Assembly: GCA_047404175.1 (NCBI GenBank)
Contig: JBDOIW010000002.1
Span: 22,499 to 86,498 of the forward strand
Direction of reading: 5' to 3'
Origin: Legionellales bacterium
GTDB taxonomy: Bacteria; Pseudomonadota; Gammaproteobacteria; M30B25
Length of the DNA stretch: 64,000 nt
Below are positions 58,989-64,000 of the stretch, piece by piece. The notes under the pieces were generated by a model. That model worked only from the letters and a program-made list of their open reading frames with translations, ran no database searches and was not told the DNA's origin. Position numbers and translations under genes: made by a program. The first letter of the stretch is position 1. Each line of letters opens with the position of its first letter.

Positions 58989-60116
58989 CTAGCTCAGCAA
59001 CTGTTCATAAAGGCTGATAGTTTCTTGTGTCATGCGTGTTTCACAAGCTTGTTGGCATGCATATTGCTGAGCGCATTGTTGTATGTTTTTTTTATCTTCC
59101 TGCTTAAGATCTAGTGCTTGCTTTATGACAAAGGCAAGATCGTCAGCTTGGTTGGGTTTAAATAATAAGCCTGTTTTTCCGTGGCTGATATTCTCTTGGG
59201 CACCGCCATGCTTGCTTGCGATGATAAGTGACATAGAGGCTTGAGCTTCCACAATGGTGCGTCCAAACGACTCTGGTTGGGTCGAACAATTAAGCGTTAT
59301 CTCTGAGGCTCGGTAAGCAAGGGGCATCTGATGTGTATGTGACATCCATACAACTAAATCGTCAAGTTGGCTCTTATGAATTAAATGCTGTAGTGATTGA
59401 ACATGCTGCTCTTTGCTTTGGTCGCCTAAGAAGAGTAGCTTTATATTCCTCTGCCTTAGCATAGGAGCAAGTATTTGTATGGCGTTTATAGCGAGCTTAT
59501 GGCCTTTGAGTTCGGTAAAGCGTCCAGGGAGAAGAATGAGGGAGGTCTCTGCTGAAAGACCAAGTTGCTCTTTGAATTGCAGGGTGTCATCAGAACTGTA
59601 CTCTTTTTTGAATGCAGAAAGGTCAACTCCTCGTTTAATGGTGTGTAGTTTGTTTAAGCAGTCAGGGTAATAGCCAAGGATATGTTCATGCATAAAGTGA
59701 GAGGGGGCAATGATAGCCTTGCCTTTAGTCATTACGCGGTTGTAAATATGTTTCAAACGATTTTGCTGCCCGTAGGCCCCGTGGTAAGTCGCGAGCCATG
59801 GTGTCTTAGACGATCTTAATGCATGATGCACGCTCCAAGCTGGGGCTCTGCTTCTTACATGAATTAAATCCATCGTGTGTTCTGTCACGAGTGTTGCTAT
59901 TTTTTTTGCATTGGATAAAAGTGTTGTTGGGTTTTTGCTCGCAATGGGGAGTAGTATGGTTTGAATGCCTGCTTTTTGACATGCATCAATATATTGGCCT
60001 CCAGAAGTAATAATACTTGCCTGGTGGCCATTTTGGATTAATGCTTTGGCAACAGCAATACATCCAATTTCCGCGCCGCCAGCATGGAGTTTTGGGATAA
60101 CTTGCGTAACATGCAT
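58989..60116 (-). CDS. GT4-family (group 1) glycosyltransferase
   Basis: N-terminus 'MHVTQVIPKLHAGGAEIGCIAVAKALIQNGH'. The C-terminal half has 'PESFGRTIVEAQA' (an E-x7-E-type motif). The ORF track extends to 60149. Confidence 0.8.
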   Translation of the reverse strand: MHVTQVIPKLHAGGAEIGCIAVAKALIQNGHQASIITSGGQYIDACQKAGIQTILLPIASKNPTTLLSNAKKIATLVTEHTMDLIHVRSRAPAWSVHHALRSSKTPWLATYHGAYGQQNRLKHIYNRVMTKGKAIIAPSHFMHEHILGYYPDCLNKLHTIKRGVDLSAFKKEYSSDDTLQFKEQLGLSAETSLILLPGRFTELKGHKLAINAIQILAPMLRQRNIKLLFLGDQSKEQHVQSLQHLIHKSQLDDLVVWMSHTHQMPLAYRASEITLNCSTQPESFGRTIVEAQASMSLIIASKHGGAQENISHGKTGLLFKPNQADDLAFVIKQALDLKQEDKKNIQQCAQQYACQQACETRMTQETISLYEQLLS

Positions 60117-60212
60117 AGTAATAATGAGCAATGGTGATGGGGTTATCATAGCATGGCTAGCGTCATACAGCTAGATGCGCCTCTAGGGCCAATAGCGTGG
60201 AGATGTTTTTAT

Positions 60213-60725
60213 TTAGTAACTGATTAGGGGCACAGTTGCACATGCGATACGAGGACCAGAATTTCCTGATGGCTGGCTCACAAAGTCATCGGTATCTTGA
60301 TGAATAATAAAGCTTCGTGCTCCAAGTTTGGGTTCTTCCGCTAAATGGACGTCTTCAATGAAAACGCTAGAGCGAGCATGGCCGTGACTATCTGCATGCA
60401 AGTTGCCTAGATCTCCTAGGTGTTTCTCGTTTGCATGATAGGCCCCATGGGCAAGCTTATGTGGATTATAGTGGCCTTTGGCGCTGCTTCCATCAATACT
60501 ATTGCAGTTTGCTGCCTCATGGATATGGTAGCCATGAAGACCTGGGGTAAGGCCGTCCACAACGGTTGTGATACGAATCCCTTTGTGTTCAGGAATAGAT
60601 TCCAATGTGACTGTTCCCTTAATGGGATACTGGGGATATCCATGAAGAGGGATAGTAAGAGCAAGTGGAGCTGCAAAAGCACAGTTTGCCCACAAAAAAA
60701 GAAATGCTACTAGTGTTTTAGTCAT
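60213..60725 (-). CDS. sodC: periplasmic Cu,Zn superoxide dismutase
   Basis: Signal peptide 'LVAFLFLWANCAFA'. 'GLHGYHIHEAANC', 'GHYNPH', 'HLGDLGNL' and 'GNSGPRIACA'. Confidence 0.93.
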   Translation of the reverse strand: MTKTLVAFLFLWANCAFAAPLALTIPLHGYPQYPIKGTVTLESIPEHKGIRITTVVDGLTPGLHGYHIHEAANCNSIDGSSAKGHYNPHKLAHGAYHANEKHLGDLGNLHADSHGHARSSVFIEDVHLAEEPKLGARSFIIHQDTDDFVSQPSGNSGPRIACATVPLISY

Positions 60726-60811
60726 GCCCTAGTCCCTGGTTATGTATAGCTGCATTAATATATTTTATAATGCTATAATAGTCTCTATGCAAATGGCAAG
60801 AAAAGAGGGTA

Positions 60812-61345
60812 ATGATAGAGTCCGATCGTTTATACATGAGGCACCCAAAGCTGGATGATGCTGAAGCATTTATTCGTGTGATGTCTGCAAGTAAAGCTCT
60901 TCATGATCCTTGGGTTGATCCCCCCTTAGAAAAAGAGCACTTTGAATTTTACTGTGAGGTTGCTCAATCAAAAGAAACAGAGGGCTATTTGATTTGTGAA
61001 AAAGCGAGTGATGCTATTGTTGGTGTTATCAATCTCAATCAAATCGTTTATGGTGTTCTATGTAATGTTTCTTTTGGATACTATATTGCTGCTGAGTATG
61101 CTAATCGTGGATATATGCGTGAGGCGGTTTTAAGAATGTTGGATTTTGCTTTTAGAGACAAAAAATTACACCGAGTTGAGGCAAATATTCAAGCTAATAA
61201 TCTTTATTCAAAGCGCTTAGTGAAAAAACTTCGTTTTCGCTATGAAGGGCTTTCAGAAAAGTATATCTGGATTAAGGGGCAGTGGTGTGATCATGAGCGA
61301 TACGCTATGACGGTAGAAGACTACATCAAAAAGCACCTTAGCTAG
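60812..61345 (+). CDS. GNAT-family N-acetyltransferase (RimJ/RimL-like)
   Basis: 'GYYIAAEYANRGYMREAVLRMLDFAF..KKLHRVEANIQANNLYSKRLVKKLRFRYEG'. Confidence 0.8.
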   Translation: MIESDRLYMRHPKLDDAEAFIRVMSASKALHDPWVDPPLEKEHFEFYCEVAQSKETEGYLICEKASDAIVGVINLNQIVYGVLCNVSFGYYIAAEYANRGYMREAVLRMLDFAFRDKKLHRVEANIQANNLYSKRLVKKLRFRYEGLSEKYIWIKGQWCDHERYAMTVEDYIKKHLS

Positions 61346-61382
61346 CAATACTACTTAAAAAAGGTTGAAAGTAGTTGCAGAC

Positions 61383-61976
61383 TTAAGAATGTTTTGATTT
61401 GCATGAGCACTGTTTATTGTGAGTATGATGACCTGGGTGCATGGTCATCATGTTTTTTGAAAAGTCTTGCATGTCTTTTTCCATGCGTAACATACGATTC
61501 GTAAACTGCTTTTGCTCATCTTCCATTTGTTGTAGAAGTGCCTCGGCCTGCTTTTGGCTTATGTCGTCCGTACCGCTGTAATGAAGTGTGGCGGTGTGAG
61601 GGTGTTTAAGATGGAAGGTTTTATTGTGAATGTTGATGGGCCTTTTTGTGGCCTTATTGATGTGGTTTTTTTTTGCGAGAGGCTTTTTTGATTTTTTGTG
61701 CTGTTTGTGCGACTTAGCTGAAGTCATCTTTTTTTTGTTGGTTGACGTGTTTTTTTCTAGCATTTTAGTTGGTATCCAGCCTACATCGCCTGTTAACTTG
61801 TTGCCCACTTTTGTCCAGCCTTCATTTGATTTATATATGCTAATGAGATTGTCGATACTTTGGGTGATAAAAGCATTTGAAGCATGTCTATGTGGTTTTT
61901 TCAAGACTGTGATGGTCTGAGCAAAGCTTGCGGTTGCGATTGAAGTAAGGAGCATAAAGCTTATGAGTTTTTTCAT
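61383..61976 (-). CDS. secreted protein with an SH3b-like segment and a Lys/His-rich basic region
   Basis: Signal peptide 'MKKLISFMLLTSIATASFA'. 'LISIYKSNEGWTKVGNKLTGDVGWIPTKML' looks like a bacterial SH3, followed by 'KKKMTSAKSHKQHKKSKKPLAKKNHINKATKRP'. Confidence 0.55.
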   Translation of the reverse strand: MKKLISFMLLTSIATASFAQTITVLKKPHRHASNAFITQSIDNLISIYKSNEGWTKVGNKLTGDVGWIPTKMLEKNTSTNKKKMTSAKSHKQHKKSKKPLAKKNHINKATKRPINIHNKTFHLKHPHTATLHYSGTDDISQKQAEALLQQMEDEQKQFTNRMLRMEKDMQDFSKNMMTMHPGHHTHNKQCSCKSKHS

Positions 61977-62053
61977 ATAAGGGTACCTCTGTGTTTTTTA
62001 TTATCATAACGTGATTGCTTAAGTGGATTCAAGCGGTTGTTTTGCTTTTTTAT

Positions 62054-62893
62054 TTATTGTTGGCTTTTGTTTTCTTTTCTTGCCTGGCAGTTTGGACAGA
62101 TGAAGCTAGCCCTTGAGGCGATGCTTAGTCGCTCAATAATAGTAGAGCATGTCAGGCAGGCCAAGCCTTCTCGTCCATAGACAAACAAAGATTGCTGAAA
62201 GTAGCCTGGTTTTCCATCTGCTGAGATAAAATCTTTTAGGGTTGTTCCTCCCTGTTTTATGGCTTTTTTGATAGTGAGCACAGCATTTTTTTGAAGTCGA
62301 AGAAAGTCAGAGTGGTTCAGTTGATCACAGCGTTCTTGTGGATGTATGCCAGATAAAAAGAGTGCTTCGTTAGCATAAATATTACCGATCCCAGGGAGAA
62401 TGTTACCATCCATCAGCGCTGTTTTAATGGCTCTTTTACTGTGGCATAGTTTCTTATGCAGGTGATTTTTATCCAGCTTTGGATTAGTTGGCTCTGGCCC
62501 AATAGAGGCAAGTAGTGGGTGTGATTGTATTTCTCCTTTGTAGTAAAGCATACAGCCAAAGCGTCTTGGGTCATTATAAATCATGACACCTTTGCAGAGT
62601 TGAATAATGATATGGTCATGTTTTTTGGGAAGCGGCTTTTGTGGAAAATAGCGGAGAATCCCTGACATGCCAAGATGAATAATAAGGTGTTCATCTTGTT
62701 TGAGCTCTATTAGAAGATATTTGCTGCGGCGCTTAATGGCACGAATAGTTCTATTTTCTGTGACACTTGTAATGTCTTTTGTCACGGGCCATCGCAAGTT
62801 AGGGTTGTGCACAGCAATGGACTTAATCATCTTGTTAGTGATGAGTGGCTCAAGGCCACTTCTAACGGTTTCAACTTCGGGCAGTTCGGGCAT
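62054..62893 (-). CDS. mutM: formamidopyrimidine-DNA glycosylase (Fpg/MutM)
   Basis: 'MPELPEVETVRSGL' at the N-terminus and the C-terminal zinc finger 'CLTC....CPNCQ'. Confidence 0.96.
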   Translation of the reverse strand: MPELPEVETVRSGLEPLITNKMIKSIAVHNPNLRWPVTKDITSVTENRTIRAIKRRSKYLLIELKQDEHLIIHLGMSGILRYFPQKPLPKKHDHIIIQLCKGVMIYNDPRRFGCMLYYKGEIQSHPLLASIGPEPTNPKLDKNHLHKKLCHSKRAIKTALMDGNILPGIGNIYANEALFLSGIHPQERCDQLNHSDFLRLQKNAVLTIKKAIKQGGTTLKDFISADGKPGYFQQSLFVYGREGLACLTCSTIIERLSIASRASFICPNCQARKENKSQQ

Positions 62894-62899
62894 TAGCTT

Positions 62900-63877
62900 T
62901 TACTCGTCAGGCTCAAGCTTTCTGCGTACTAAGGCAGCAACACGCTCGGTTTCATTGAGTGCTTCATACTGCCAGCGTTCTAGGGGGAGTGTGAAGATTT
63001 TTGCTTTTTGACTTTGGATGATAGCCTGATGAAATAAAGCTAAACGTTTGGCGTTACGTCTTCTCTTGAGAGGGTAAATATGTGTAGGTGTGCCTGTGCT
63101 ACATGCTTCAGAAATCATTGAAACTGATTCTTCAGTCACGATCAGGTGGTCTGCGTAGCCGAGAAGCCCGAGGTAGGGAGAGGGGGCTTGTGAGTCCCAG
63201 AAGTAAGCGCGAGTGTTGTCTTGCTGAAATTTATGGAATTGTTCTCTTGCCTCATGAGGTGTGCGTCGAGAGGGTAGGATAGCAACTGAGCCCTTGGTGT
63301 TGGTAAGAAGGGATTCCATGTCTTGAATCAACTGGTGAAGAGTTTGTTTGTTCAGTAGGTGGCTGCGAGCGTTACCACCAATGAGAAAGGCATGAATGGG
63401 TTTAGGTAATTGTTGGATCTCAAGGGGTAGCTGATCTTTTGCGGCTGTAATAGATTGCCTGGAAGCGCGATGAAGGGCGCCAAGTGATTTTATGCTATCA
63501 TAACGCTCATCTTTGTCGTGGTATGGTGTGATTATGGCATCAAAATATCGATGGTAATGCCGTGGGTTTTGGAGATAAATGATCTTGGTATTAGGTGAGG
63601 ATTTTTTTATTGCAATCGCTGCAGGGATAGTTCTTTTTGCCGATGCAATGACCCACTTTGGGGTGGACGATGTGAACAGCGATTTTTTTTGAAAGACCCA
63701 TGGTTTGTGGGGAATAAATTGTATTGGAATTGAATGCCAAAAAGACTTCAGGGCAACTGACTTAATGGAGTAATCGAGTTGAAGTGCTTCTGCAAGACCA
63801 ATAGCTTGGCTCAGGCTGCCGCTCATGGTGCTGTCGTAAGAAAGAATCCAGCATTCATTTGAATGAGTCATAGGCAA
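62900..63877 (-). CDS. ELM1/GtrOC1-family (DUF1022) putative glycosyltransferase
   Basis: About 325 aa. 'WILSYDSTMSGSLSQAIGLAEALQL' resembles the family N-terminus as I remember it. Immediately upstream of mutM on the same strand. Assigned from memory only. Confidence 0.45.
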   Translation of the reverse strand: MPMTHSNECWILSYDSTMSGSLSQAIGLAEALQLDYSIKSVALKSFWHSIPIQFIPHKPWVFQKKSLFTSSTPKWVIASAKRTIPAAIAIKKSSPNTKIIYLQNPRHYHRYFDAIITPYHDKDERYDSIKSLGALHRASRQSITAAKDQLPLEIQQLPKPIHAFLIGGNARSHLLNKQTLHQLIQDMESLLTNTKGSVAILPSRRTPHEAREQFHKFQQDNTRAYFWDSQAPSPYLGLLGYADHLIVTEESVSMISEACSTGTPTHIYPLKRRRNAKRLALFHQAIIQSQKAKIFTLPLERWQYEALNETERVAALVRRKLEPDE

Positions 63878-64000
63878 GAGCTGTATTAAAATCTAAGCAT
63901 AGCGATGAGTGCTAATCATGTCTAGGAAAAACTATGTTACTTTAGTTTTTTCTCAACAAAAGAAACATGCATCCCGGGCTTCCCTGTTTCTGGGTTAATG

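Noticed and set aside
58989-60116. Whether the GT4 glycosyltransferase could be the missing MurG.
   Set aside because: The N-terminus is the GT4 type ('HAGGAEIG...NGH'), not the MurG 'GGTGGH(V/I)FP' motif. The C-terminal half has the GT4 E-x7-E motif. Its neighbourhood (coaD, mutM, ELM1-like) is that of LPS-core loci.

Overview
This window is a chromosomal segment from a gammaproteobacterium. All assignments were made by eye from the ORF translations, with no search or computation.

The backbone is conserved housekeeping synteny:
- aroK (5' partial), an ExeA-like AAA/SPOR protein and feoABC behind a near-consensus Fur box
- rplM-rpsI-sspA-sspB
- dolP-yraN-lpoA, divergent from rsmI and followed by RNase P RNA (rnpB)
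- a long dcw cell-wall/division cluster: rsmH-ftsL-ftsI-murE-murF-mraY-[OMP]-murD-ftsW-murC-murB-ddl-ftsQ-ftsA-ftsZ-lpxC
- a DciA-like gene divergent from secA-mutT
- zapD-coaE-(short prepilin peptidase)-(pilC-like)
- arginase, pcnB-folK, coaD, a ferredoxin, a GT4 glycosyltransferase, sodC, a GNAT, and mutM with an ELM1-like gene

Nine orphan ORFs of 206-1355 aa are wedged into the junctions of this backbone. None has a Sec signal peptide and I recognise no housekeeping family for any of them. They look like secreted effectors of a host-associated (Legionellales/Coxiellaceae-like) bacterium, but that is inference.

The best supported is a 1350-aa protein with a two-helix membrane hairpin, 56-aa tandem repeats and a Ulp1/CE-clan cysteine protease signature (HW...Q-x5-CG, His-to-Cys spacing 66 aa). 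Eight of the orphans carry a similar short motif ([S/V]-x-F-[F/N/S]-[G/N/P] followed by a polar tail) near the C-terminus. This may be a shared export signal.

Other oddities:
- murG and mraZ are absent from the dcw cluster.
- An outer-membrane beta-barrel gene sits between mraY and murD.
- Ribosomal protein S9 carries a 30-aa acidic insertion.
- The pilBCD operon is reduced to a truncated pilC-like gene and a 144-aa peptidase.
- Two poly-G tracts lie next to orphan genes.

I found no tRNA, rRNA, CRISPR array, transposase or recognisable defence system.
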